A DNA stretch of 60,025 nucleotides, filler included, from Asterionella formosa (lineage: Eukaryota): NCBI GenBank assembly GCA_002256025.1. It is 10 parts of 10 records of this genome, joined end to end, with 100 filler letters (N's around TTAATTAATTAA, not from the genome) between each part and the next. Parts side by side here need not be neighbours in the genome. Positions count along the whole stretch, not along the records: positions 6,038 to 11,973 come from NKIB01012881.1; positions 12,074 to 17,996 come from NKIB01012882.1; positions 18,097 to 24,009 come from NKIB01012884.1; 7 more parts are not named here. One strand, written 5' to 3'. The position numbers and the translations under genes were made by a program. The notes beneath the pieces are model-generated. The model was not told the DNA's origin and ran no database searches. It saw only the letters and a program-made list of their open reading frames with translations. Within the stretch, counting starts at the first letter, position 1. Each line of letters begins with the position of its first letter. Shown here one piece after another: positions 9,782-21,021 of this stretch.

Positions 9782-11746
9782 CTATTCGATTCTTTCCTTT
9801 TTTAGGCGATTCCTGACCTTTTCACTAATATTGGACCAGCATGCCAGCCCTGGAAATCGCAGTTTCACTTGATCACGTTCTAACACTTTCAGCCGGACTT
9901 GATGTTTATTTTTCTCAAAAGTGACACCAAAACGATCCGAGCACGAATTAAAAAAGGATGTAAGCCTTTTCGTTGTTAGCGACTGGAAGCCAATGCCCAA
10001 TGCAACTTTATCGAAATTCTGCAAACGTGATTTTACCACAAAATATGGAGTCCATCTGGATTTTTTAAATGCGCCCTCTTCAATAATATTAATTAGCCTC
10101 CCCAATGACGCTAAAGCTTCGTCTTCCAAGAAAGGAGGGGACGGATTCGCTTCCTTGTCATATTCGACCAGTCCTGGTGATTTGATACGCACACGATAAT
10201 TGTTAGGGAAGCTCTTGTTCTGTGACGACAAATCGAAGCTATCTGCAGATTCTTTTTTTAAATGAATCAGATTTTTGTTGGCACTTTTCAACTCATCAAA
10301 AAGCAAGGATCCTCCTTCTTGACTCACTTGATCACTCTGAAACGGTTTCAGCAAAATTGGATCGTTACTTCTGACCTCCAAAACGACACCAAAAATGTTC
10401 GATAACGTATCAAAGTGAGATGCAAGCTGCTTGCATGTTGGGTCCCTTTCGCGCCTGTAAATGCTCAACCTTTGTTTATCGATTCTCTCCAAATGTTTTT
10501 TGACCACGGAAAAATGAGTCCATCCATTAATATCTGTGCCACTTTCAATAATAGCTTTGAGCCTCTCAAAAGCTTCAAATCTTTCAACTAGCGGCACTGC
10601 ATTGGGTAACAGGGCATTTCTATCCAAAAAAGGACTACATGGACTTGTTTTCTCGTCATCTCCTGATGGTTTCATGCGAACATAGATGTGATTGATGTAG
10701 GAGCTATCTCCCTTCGTCGACAAATCGTAAGTTTCAGGGAAGTCATTGAGAAACTGAAGCAGAGTCTTATTGGCACTTATCAACTCATCCCTATCAGATT
10801 TCATCATGAGCGCTCCGACCTTCAACAGTCGAATCCATCCATAGGAATTCGAATGATTGTTTTCGATGATAAATTTGAGATTTACATGAAGTGGAGCAAT
10901 GTAATGTAATGGATGTGGGTGCTGCAATTGTACGTCTATTGGATCTATATTTGGAAGTTTCTGTTTTTCAGATTCTATAGCTGAAAGAGGTTTCAGGCGG
11001 ATCGAACCACGAGACACCTGGAAGACATCCCCGAAATTTTGGAAAAATTCAGTTCCGTTGCTTCTAGAAATGCCCAACTCCTTTCGTGCTGAATTTGAAA
11101 GCCTCGTAACAACCTTGGCAGGAGTAGTCCATCCCTCATTTTCGCTTGAAAGGACTTCAACAATCTTTTTAAGTTCGTCAAAGCCAGCGACGAACATATC
11201 CTTCCGCTCATCCTCGGTTACAATAGTCGCAACGTTGTCAAGGTAATTAAAATCGTTGCAAGCCTTGACAAAAGGCAATGGAGTCTGGTTCATTCCGAAC
11301 CCGATCACGTACTTTCCAGACTTTCGAAGATGCGATACAAGTGGTGTAAAGTCCGAGTCGGAGCTCACGATCGCGAAGCAGTCTACTTCCGGATGAATTT
11401 TCATTGCAGTGATCATAAGTGTGGCATCAACACTCGATTTTCCCTTGATGTCTGATGGCGTTTCCACCTTGTCAAAGGACCATTCCGAAGCTGTGAATAC
11501 CCAAGGCTTGAGCTTTGCCAATCTAAAGTTTCCAAAAAGTAGACGAATTTTAGTCTCTGCCCTACGCAATCTGAGCTCTTCGAAAACCAAATTGATCTTT
11601 GTACTCGCAATGTTGTCACAATCAACCAGCACAGCATACTTTCCTCCGATTCCCCTTTTTTGGACGCTCCCTATCCATCTTTGTTGAAATATCACTCTAC
11701 TACGAGGATACAAGTGATACTGAATGCCTCTATACGCGAAGGACAT
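9782..11746 (-). CDS. NYN ribonuclease with 4-5 tandem OST-HTH/LOTUS-like repeats and a basic N-terminal leader (654 aa)
   Basis: Uninterrupted ORF. NYN motifs VDCDN, GKSSVD, VSSDSDF, GFG..TP.PFVKACNDF. Repeated L+xII/VE...(G)W...V..+L units: ENEGWTTPAKV, SYGWIRLLKVG, INGWTHFSVVKKHL, SRWTPYFVVKSRL, plus one partial unit. Confidence 0.9.
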   Translation of the reverse strand: MSFAYRGIQYHLYPRSRVIFQQRWIGSVQKRGIGGKYAVLVDCDNIASTKINLVFEELRLRRAETKIRLLFGNFRLAKLKPWVFTASEWSFDKVETPSDIKGKSSVDATLMITAMKIHPEVDCFAIVSSDSDFTPLVSHLRKSGKYVIGFGMNQTPLPFVKACNDFNYLDNVATIVTEDERKDMFVAGFDELKKIVEVLSSENEGWTTPAKVVTRLSNSARKELGISRSNGTEFFQNFGDVFQVSRGSIRLKPLSAIESEKQKLPNIDPIDVQLQHPHPLHYIAPLHVNLKFIIENNHSNSYGWIRLLKVGALMMKSDRDELISANKTLLQFLNDFPETYDLSTKGDSSYINHIYVRMKPSGDDEKTSPCSPFLDRNALLPNAVPLVERFEAFERLKAIIESGTDINGWTHFSVVKKHLERIDKQRLSIYRRERDPTCKQLASHFDTLSNIFGVVLEVRSNDPILLKPFQSDQVSQEGGSLLFDELKSANKNLIHLKKESADSFDLSSQNKSFPNNYRVRIKSPGLVEYDKEANPSPPFLEDEALASLGRLINIIEEGAFKKSRWTPYFVVKSRLQNFDKVALGIGFQSLTTKRLTSFFNSCSDRFGVTFEKNKHQVRLKVLERDQVKLRFPGLACWSNISEKVRNRLKKERIE

Positions 11747-12073
11747 TGCTGTCTCTACCTTTTGTTGGTGTTTTGTGACGAATGGTGGTTGTTGTTGGAG
11801 AAATTATTTTGTCTGTTTTATGTACCGGATTATGGTCTTTTACAGTGTATTTTTTTACACCGGTACATGATAAATTTAGGAAAAAGATATTTGTTCCCCC
11901 TTCATTTCGATAAATCGTCCGTCCCACTAACCCTTATAATCAGATGCTACCTGGTACCATGGAAGAGTCTAGGNNNNNNNNNNNNNNNNNNNNNNNNNNN
12001 NNNNNNNNNNNNNNNNNTTAATTAATTAANNNNNNNNNNNNNNNNNNNNNNNNNNNNNNNNNNNNNNNNNNNN

Positions 12074-12439
12074 CAGTGGTGTCTTGGTGGAGTATGTGCT
12101 GTTCCTTTTGGAACCTATGGTGAAAATTCACCCTATTCTCCATTTGGATATGGAACTGGTTTCACTTATACAAGTGGGCGTACTGGAAAGTTCATCATGA
12201 CAGAAGAACTGAATGCATCTGAGTCTTTTACCTATACTTGCAAGGCGTTTTACAACGATGTACAGTGTACTTCGTGCAAATATTACTCCTGTGGTGGAAA
12301 TTACTGGCCATATGTGGACTGCAGCAATATTCAGCAAGGTGCTACTGCCAATTTTTGCTACCTAAACAATGGCGTCCCCAACAACCCAAACCATTTGCTG
12401 TTTGGGTTGGCTGTTGAGTATTATTCACCATGCGTTTAG
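12074..12439 (+). CDS. 3' fragment of a cysteine-rich, possibly secreted protein (contig-truncated)
   Basis: Frame open from the contig edge to TAG at 12439; Cys-rich (TCKAFYNDVQCTSCKYYSCGG..VDCSNIQQGATANFC). Confidence 0.45.
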   Translation, partial: QWCLGGVCAVPFGTYGENSPYSPFGYGTGFTYTSGRTGKFIMTEELNASESFTYTCKAFYNDVQCTSCKYYSCGGNYWPYVDCSNIQQGATANFCYLNNGVPNNPNHLLFGLAVEYYSPCV

Positions 12440-12489
12440 GTGATGTGATGGAGAATGCAGTGTGTGTTTGTTCCTGTTTCATGTGCGAT

Positions 12490-13100
12490 TGCTTCCTATA
12501 TCGGGCTGTAGTTCTCAAGAAGCTTATTTTTGTACGACCTGACAAACAAACCAATCATATATTTATATAGGAATATTAATGACAACTAATTCCCGTTTTC
12601 CACCAGGCCATGCAGCTGCAACAAGGGGTATAATAATATTGGTTCCAATATTCATTTTCATATTCGTTATGCCGTTTTTGTATCACGTGTACCGGTGTAT
12701 AGTTTTGCATCTTAGGGATGCCTATTAGTTCTGCCAATTCCGTAGTGCACAGTCTATCGGTATATGAAATATGATAAATGGTAGGTAAAATCTAAATGTT
12801 GAACTAATATCATCAGATATAATGGCATGATATCACTTACATGTTACTTTCTAATTACGACTAGGAATATTGTTACTGATGCATTCGCTTCTATAAATCT
12901 GAAAACGTACCGTGAATGTTTACCATTCGTGGTCCTAGGTATCGGTAGTCAGATCTACCAGTAATTCATCTGGTATGTTAAAGCCTTTACTGATCAGGCC
13001 GGTCTATAGCAAGGTAATGGCCATGATGCCATTGCTCAAGGGAGAGCAATGACAGGGCAATTTCATTCTTGAAAATCTCATGACTATACCGGTATACCGG
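12490..13100 (+). repeat. Direct repeat, copy 1 (copy 2 at ~16141-16546; partial copy 3 at ~16875-16930)
   Basis: Shared blocks include GACAAACAAACCAATCATATATTTA, AAATGTTGAACTAATATCATCAGATAT, TAGTCAGATCTACCAGT and TATAGCAAGGTAATGGCCATG. Copy 1 carries an extra ~200 nt. Confidence 0.85.
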
Positions 13101-14680
13101 TACATGGTAGCAGGTGAGCAATCTTGCGTATCAATACAGATGTATTTAGAGTTAATGTTGTATCATATATATCAAAACTCAATAAGGAGAGAACTCGACT
13201 AACCCTTATTGTATGCTTTGGTGTTGACTTAGAGAACAAGTTGCACACAAGGATTAACCAACAAGCTCATATATTCAACAAATACTACTACTTCTAGTTA
13301 GATACTACACTTTGATTTCAAAAAGAGTCCAATTAGAATTAATATTGTTGATGTCCTCTCAAGTTCCAGTGGTCCCATTGATGAAGGATAACAACAAACT
13401 CAACATCAAGACTCAGACCTCTTTGTGTATCCTTACAAGCCAGGTCGATATTTGGAGTCTTTCAACAAACATATGATCAATTGACGCTCAGGGGATGCTT
13501 GTTGATTGATTTCAGTAAATCCTGTGATATGGATAACACATATATCTTCAGTCCAGCAGATTCCTTGCTTTTTTTCTCCTACTGCTACAGAATATGCCTT
13601 ATAGATATCGCCTTGTCTCAGTCCTATGACAGTCTCCACAAAAGCATGGTGAGGTGGCCGGAGTATTATTGTACTCATGATATGTTGCTTTGAGAGTCAG
13701 CATCATCTGGATGTGGATTTTCTGATAATATTCGATAAACCGTTCAACATGCTGTTGATGAATGTCGCTACCTGCCTGTCTCAAGACCTTAAAGAAGTTC
13801 CTCAAACTCATAATACCTCATCCAGACGATCAAGAGGTCTCCGCCAAGGAAGATTTGAGGCTGATTGTCATTTTGCTTTATTGACAATGCGCGGCAAAAA
13901 GTGTTTGAATGGAACAATGCAAAAAACACAAAATAATTGATTCGTTTGGTTTTGACTTACTTCGAGACTCAACAATCATTCAAAGATCAACTCAAGCACA
14001 TCCTCAAGCATGAGTTCTACCATAAGCCGAAATCGTCTTCGCATCGCTGAAGGCAATCGTGTTGTGTCGAGAGAACGCGCGTGCCTGGTGTCAATTTTCT
14101 AACACAAAATCGTATGTAAATAGTTGAAGTTGAAGACAATCCCGTGATGCATCAAGAAAACAAGCGTGACTAGTGTCAATTTTAACAAGAGATCGTCGTC
14201 GCATTGCTATGCATCGAGAAAACAACAATTTCAAGCTTCAATTTGTACATGATAAATTTATTTTAAGTGGCGATGGCAGGGCACATGCATTTTAATGCAG
14301 CCGGCCATGCATGGGATGTGAAACAACGGTAAAACATAAGGCCCATCGAGTTAACATTACTAACACTACTACTATGCGGAGCGAATTATCATATTGAAAC
14401 AGCTAAGAACGCTATTCATGTTTTTCTTATGTGCATGTTTTGTACAAGCAAATCCATGGGTTAGCTAACCCCATCATGATGATGTCTGGTTTGCGTACTC
14501 TGCCGAGGGCCATACCTGCCGACTTTTATGAATCTGCCCAGGAAATTTTAGTGGTCATGAACCCTCCTGTTGGTCAGCTAGTGGCCTATGTGCCTAATAA
14601 AAATCAGCAGAATGCTGAACAGATCGCCTTAACAGAAGTATGTGCGACAATAGCAACAATGCTATGATTTTAATAATAAC

Positions 14681-14704
14681 ATATATATATATATATATAT
14701 ATAT
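14681..14704. repeat. (AT)n microsatellite
   Basis: About 12 AT units. Confidence 0.9.
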
Positions 14705-16140
14705 TTATGAGCGACAACACATTGAATATGTCTTTCATCAATCATTACCTGGATAACATTTGTTATTTACAGGATAATTACAGGTTGGATATCCCCGCTA
14801 TTGAAATGCGAGATATTTTAAAATGCAATGCCAGATTCAATTTATCATTCCATATGCACATCTCAAGGCCTGATTCCGATCTCATTCTTTCTTTGCCTAA
14901 GAATGCATAAGCTTCATTGCATATTATTACCATTTCATTAGCAACCCAAGGATTGGTGGCTGCTTTGCATATAAATGACATAAGATGAATGTTATTTGAT
15001 TGCGGTGGGTCCTGATCTTTAACTTATGAATGGATTGTACTTCAGGACATTTCGTTGTAAATCGAACATTTATAATTAATATATACCATGCATAGCAGGT
15101 ATGATCCCACCTTTTCTTCCTTTGCCAGTACTCTTTCATAAAACATACATGATGCTCCAAAAATTTAATCCTTCGGCTTGTATTCTGCAACAGAAGTACC
15201 TGGTCTTAGTAAATTCTGCAAGTTTGCTCATTTGTCCAGCTGGTTAATTTATGATGGATTTTGTACAAAAATACCATGTCCTGTCTGTATGGTAGATATA
15301 TCAGTGTTTTTCTGCATGTCATGCATTCCTATAATGATACGTACAGAACATTTACATAATGGGTTGTTGTATTTTGATACACCTATCAAGGATTTTGTTT
15401 ACACATGGAACATTGAAGCTGCAAACTATACAGATACGGAAAGTCGCGCGCTGTTATGGCTGAAATAAATTTATTTAACCACAAGTCATCAAGCACAATT
15501 CCAAATGAAATGGTCTGTTGAAGAAACTGACTCATTACGATATCGATAAACTCCAACCGACCTCAAATTGTAGTCTTCAAAACTAAAAAAGGATTTAAAT
15601 GGAACTGGTCCGTTTGTCTGGTTGCCTATGCATACATCAACAAGCTTTTGAATCAATGAAAGCATTGTAAGTTGCAGATACACTCATGCGTTATCCTGAT
15701 CGTAATTTTCCTTTCCATACTTTTACTGATGTTTCTGATTTTCAATTAAGAAACTTCTAAAGAATTTCGCTCCATGTCATTGAATGCAGTTCTACATGTT
15801 CACACTGAGCATCGTACTTTCATTTATAATACCCTACAGAGACACTCAAAGTCTTCTCCGGTGGACGCTTTATATTGAAGAATATCTTCTTTTTTACTTT
15901 TCACAGAGTGAAGGGTACTGATAATGCTAACTATGTCAAATTCTATCTCTCGCCTCCCGAGGCTTGAGTCTTTGGTGGGGGATGATATTTGGCAGAAATC
16001 TGCAACATCAACATCCACTTCTACGTTCTCAATTAATCTGTTGTGACATTTGATTGTTGCACAAAACATTTGTGTTGGCCTGCTTTTTCTTCAGTTATAT
16101 ATTATTGCAACAATATAAGAATGTAAAGTATTTATGCCAA

Positions 16141-16546
16141 TGCTTCCTTTATCGGGGTATAGTTTTCAAAAAGGCTATGTATGATATGACAAACAAACCA
16201 ATCATATATTTAGATGGGAACATGAAATACAATAAATGGTATGTAAACTGCAAATGTTGAACTAATATCATCAGATATATTAGCATGATATAATGTACAT
16301 GTTACTTTCTAATTACGACTAAGTAGGAATATTACTGATGCATTCACTTCTATACATCTGAAAACGTACCTTGGATGTTTACCATTCCTGATAGTCAGAT
16401 CTACCAGTTATTCATCTGGTATATGTTAAGGATCAACTAAACAGGCCAATCTATATAGCAAGGTAATGGCCATGTTGCCATCGCTCAAGGCAGAGCGATG
16501 ACAGGGCAATTTCATTCTTGTAAATCTCATGACTACCATACCGGTA
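16141..16546 (+). repeat. Direct repeat, copy 2 of 12490-13100
   Basis: Same blocks in the same order as copy 1. Confidence 0.85.
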
Positions 16547-17581
16547 CTGGTACCTGAAAAAAATTGTTGACACTATGACCAATCCTCGAAAATGACCAAG
16601 ATTATTAGGATGTAAGATTCATGGGGATGGGTGTGAGAGTCTAAGTGCATTCGTGGTACCCTGGTACCGGGTACCGGTAGCTGGTAAATGGTAAATGGTA
16701 TACCAAGCACTGTGTGAACGTTACATTGCAGTTGAACCATTACCTACGTATGTGCTCGTAGTAAGGCTCTAAGTGTTAGTACATTCGTTCAATGATACAA
16801 CCTGGTACCGTAGTCAATGGTATGTTTTTGATTCTGTCATCTCTAGGCTGCTCATATTGTTCAATGTGCGTTTCGGCCATGATGCCATCGCTCAAGGTCG
16901 AGCGATAAAAGGCAATTTCATACTTGACAATGGATTGACCATCCGAAGACTATTCTTGGTGGTAATGACCAATCATCGAAGATGACCAAGATTTCTAAGT
17001 AACCTCTGATCCTGGATTATCGATGTGCGACTCTTACGGTACCAGGTAGGAAGTGTACTACGGTAGTTGTAGGTTGATGCATTCGTACACATGCCGTGTG
17101 TAGATTGTACCGTTACATCCCTCGACCATTCACCTGCGTATTTACTCCTTGATGTAAAGATCTCAGGCGGGCATCCAGCAATGATTCTTGTTCGGTAAAT
17201 GGTACCTGGTATCAGGTACAAGGTTCTGTACAAGATACACACAATCTTGTTTCTATCCGAATGTGCGTCAATCTGAATGACAAAATGGATGCACCAAAAC
17301 CGAAGATCATAAATCTCGAAATTCCTCAAAGTGACAACACTTAAAAAAAGACATTTATCAGCATGAAGACTGTAAGTACCAAGCCATGGGCAACAACCAA
17401 GCATGAACAAGACGACATGCTGCAATATTGGCGAATAAAATCATCACCAGGAAAAAATTAGGAAGCGGAGAAAGATTCGATATTCAACTCATCGTCAGTT
17501 TCAATAATTGGTTTGGTTTCATTTCGAAAATTTACGATTGATCAGGTCCAACTAACTCTCATTGTTCCTCCTCATCAGTTT

Positions 17582-17996
17582 ATGCCCCTCTTGTTGACCT
17601 TTCTATGGTTGAGAAGCGCCTCTTGCGCACCCAGCCCTCGAGAACTAGACACGCGCATTGTTGGAGGCTATCCAGCCGCCAAAGGCAGGTACCCATACTT
17701 CACCTCAGTTCGATTTTATTTAGCCAGCAGCACTGGATCCTATGCATCGTGTGGTGGTACATTGATCGCTAAAGATATTATCCTCTGTGCTGCCCATTGC
17801 TACGATTCGGCCGACTTTAGTCTTGCAAGCAGCTTTGTCAGGGTGGGCATCGAAGATACAACAGTCAATACCGGCTACTATCAGGCCTACATGGAAAAGG
17901 TCATTCCTCATCCGAGTTACAATAGTGCTACTAACAAGAACGATGTTCTTGTCATCAAACTCAAGACAGCCATTACTCAAGTCGCCCCTGTTGCTT
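17582..17996 (+). CDS. Trypsin-like (S1) serine protease, 5' part, contig-truncated
   Basis: Signal-like MPLLLTFLWL, activation site R-IVGG, CGGTLI, CAAHC (catalytic His), HPSYN..ND (catalytic Asp). Confidence 0.92.
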
Positions 17997-18107
17997 NNNN
18001 NNNNNNNNNNNNNNNNNNNNNNNNNNNNNNNNNNNNNNNNTTAATTAATTAANNNNNNNNNNNNNNNNNNNNNNNNNNNNNNNNNNNNNNNNNNNNTTTT
18101 TTTCACC

Positions 18108-18776
18108 ATGGCGGACAACATGTACGGCTACAGCGACTACCACGGTCCTCTGTCGGAAACTACAAATGAATCACAGGATGAGGAGACAGATGATCCACTG
18201 CGAGCGGGTCTGTGGATGGAGGGCGATTCATTAGCACCTCCCTGTGGAACGTCGGTCCCGACCATTCATCGCCTACTAGTCTTTGGTGAGGTAGGTGCTC
18301 ATGACGTGGTATATGATTTGGGATGCGGGGATGGGCGGGTGTGCCTCGAAGCCTTGGTTAAATTTAACGCCAAGGCAACTGTCGGAGTCGACATTGAACA
18401 TGACCTCATTCAGCGGTTCAACGATTTGATCCGTTCTTTGCCAGGAACCCTGACGAACAACAATAGAATACAAGGAGTACAAGCAGACCTGCGACAAGTT
18501 ATTTCGTCGTTCGTCACGCGCGCAAAAGGAGAAGTTACATCTAATTATCCTACTTTGCCATTGCCGACCGTTATTGTGCTTTATCTACTCCCAGAATCAA
18601 TCCAAGAGTTGGAGGAGGATTTAGTGCTATTGTTGACCAAATTAGAACCCATGAAGATTATCTGCAACACTTGGGGGTTTTCATCCATTCAACCTTGCAA
18701 ACGACTAGAGATTGAAGAAGCTATTGGTGGTGCCACGACAAACTTGTTCCTTTATACCCAAGAATGTCTACAGTGA
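18108..18776 (+). CDS. Class I SAM-dependent methyltransferase, FAM173/DOT1-like protein lysine MTase
   Basis: VVYDLGCGDGR motif I, VGVDIE, QADL, VIVLYLLP; complete 222-aa ORF. Confidence 0.85.
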   Translation: MADNMYGYSDYHGPLSETTNESQDEETDDPLRAGLWMEGDSLAPPCGTSVPTIHRLLVFGEVGAHDVVYDLGCGDGRVCLEALVKFNAKATVGVDIEHDLIQRFNDLIRSLPGTLTNNNRIQGVQADLRQVISSFVTRAKGEVTSNYPTLPLPTVIVLYLLPESIQELEEDLVLLLTKLEPMKIICNTWGFSSIQPCKRLEIEEAIGGATTNLFLYTQECLQ

Positions 18777-20819
18777 CATTTCAATAAATCACTTTGTAAA
18801 GCTCTGCTCCCTCCAGTTCAAAAAGCGAGTAGGAACATCCCTCAAGTATCAATCCATGTTAAGATTTCGGAAATTCAACCATGAAAATTGAGCCCTTCAT
18901 GTAAGAATCCTTTGGAATGCACGTGGAGTATGCTGAATGGCTTCAAGAGATGCTGAACAATAGAAGTTTCAAGGTGAACAATGTGCAATCATGCCAGACT
19001 CTATTTGAATACCCAGAATAAATTTGGTGACAGGCAAGGAATTCTCAAAGAATTACACTGATTTAAGTTTAGGGATATTCATTGGCATCCTGAATGTCGA
19101 AATGGGCTGCCAATAACACTCCGATCCCGCAGTGGCTAGATTGGGAAATAGTCTAGTGTCAATTATTGTTGTTCATTCAATTTTGAAAATTCATAACGCT
19201 CAGCTATCTTGTCAACTTCGAATAACAGATAAGCATACATGTGTACTCAGAGAAATTCAATAGCTAATAGTATACCTTACATTGATAATGTCATTGGCTT
19301 GAATTCGCCTTTCTCAACTGCACTACACTATGGTAATTTATACCGCCATGACAGCAGCTTAGGTCCGGTAGTCTTAGCTAGACTACATACCTTGTACCAA
19401 ATTTCATGAAGTCCATACATGAAAGTCAGTACAAAAAATACTTTAAGGTAGTATTTTCTTGCATCTTGAGCTGTTACACACTCTCCAAGATTACTACGGT
19501 ATGACATCCTAATGTAGCAATTCCCGCTCCAGGTATTGTCTTGCCATTCGGGTACTTCTAAGTATTTTAGGCTCTAAGAAATTTGTTAGGTAATTTTTAT
19601 TTAGGGGCAATATGGGGCACATCGAATTTTTCGGCTTTAAAATTGCCAATTTTAGCATGACAGCCAGAATAATGGTAAATACATAAAAATGGTCAACAAG
19701 CGTAAAACACACGAGAATTATTGTAACATGCAACATCAATGAAAATTGAACATGATGTTTGGATCACCCAAAATATGAAATGCGATGCAATAAGTAGTGT
19801 CTAATGAGAAATAGAAAACATTGTTTTGGGTTAGAAATGAAGTAAAAAAATAGGATGTTTAATGGAAATGTATGCATTGAGAGTAATTGTAGTAATTACA
19901 CAGGCAATATTGACTTTCCATCACCACACAATCGAAGACTGAAAGAAGAAGGAAAAAGCTCAACCCAATTGAAATCTGCATCATCATGTAGTGTAGATGA
20001 TCTGGTTGCTTCAACTATGCTCATTGCTGTACACAAGTTGCAGTCCTTCCGCCCACAGTTGTTCCTCCCACCAAACAACAACCCTGATCATCATTCCATT
20101 CCAATACATTGTGATTGACTAAAATCGCCAGACTGCCCCAGCACTATCGAGTCCCTCTAGCTGGATATACATAGCTTGTGATACAAACTCGTATTAGAAA
20201 TGTAGCAAAGCGCGTTACTACAAGAAAAGCATTGTTGCTTGGCGGAAAAATTGACATCATGGTCAACAACTATACAAAGCAACAAATACAATCAACAATG
20301 GTACAAAACCAAATCTTCAAGGAGTATTCATTGAAAAATACAATGGTCTTTATGTGGATAGATACAATCGAATCAAAACGACAGTGCGGAACGACGACAA
20401 CAACAGAAGCGATCAAAACAGACCATGGAAGCAATCAAATCGGAAATTCGTTAAATAGGATCTACAATCCAAATTCATTGTTTCACTATTGTACTCACCA
20501 ATTCATTCCAACTAGCTAGCTCAACAAACAGCAGACGATGGTATCAAAATAAAGGCACCCAGCCTCGAACACCCATAAAGTAAAAGAGTCATTTCAAATT
20601 TATTTAGGAAATTTTCTATCATTGATAGAAACAATTATTGATTTTCTAGAATTTAGTCCAGAAAAAGTAAATCATGATTTTCCTTGACTAACTCATTGTG
20701 CATTTTTGGACACTGTTGTGCAATGAAGTTAATGGACCCATACTTTTATTTCTCAATGGTACAAATTTTAAATGGTATTCAAAATGGGAGAACACCATTG
20801 AATGATCAACTTTTAGATC

Positions 20820-21020
20820 TGAATTCGTAGCCTTGAAAATTGCTCTAGAGATGAATGATTCGATGCAATACAAATTACGCGTGTTAGGAATTCCAATGGT
20901 AGAACCAACCAAAATTTTTTTCGACAGCAGCAGTGTAGTCATCAATTTCACCAAAAATGAATCAACACTACAGAAGAAACACAATTCAATGGCATATCAC
21001 AAAGTCCGAGAATCCATTGC
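20820..21020 (+). mobile_element. Copia RNase H C-terminal relic
   Basis: SEFVALKIALE..MQYKLRVLGIPM..PTKIFFDSSSVVINFTKNESTLQKKHNSMAYHKVRESIA matches Copia RNase H; sequence breaks off into a tandem repeat. Confidence 0.8.
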
Positions 21021-21021
21021 T

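Noticed and set aside
7747..11746. Bacterial contaminant contig explaining the NYN genes
   Set aside because: Same contig carries a Copia retroelement, long eukaryote-like intergenic DNA and the TACCGGTA motif seen in the other contigs.
13190..13811. Possible Helitron/PIF1 helicase relic on the minus strand
   Set aside because: Only vague similarity; no Walker A/B or Rep motifs recognisable.
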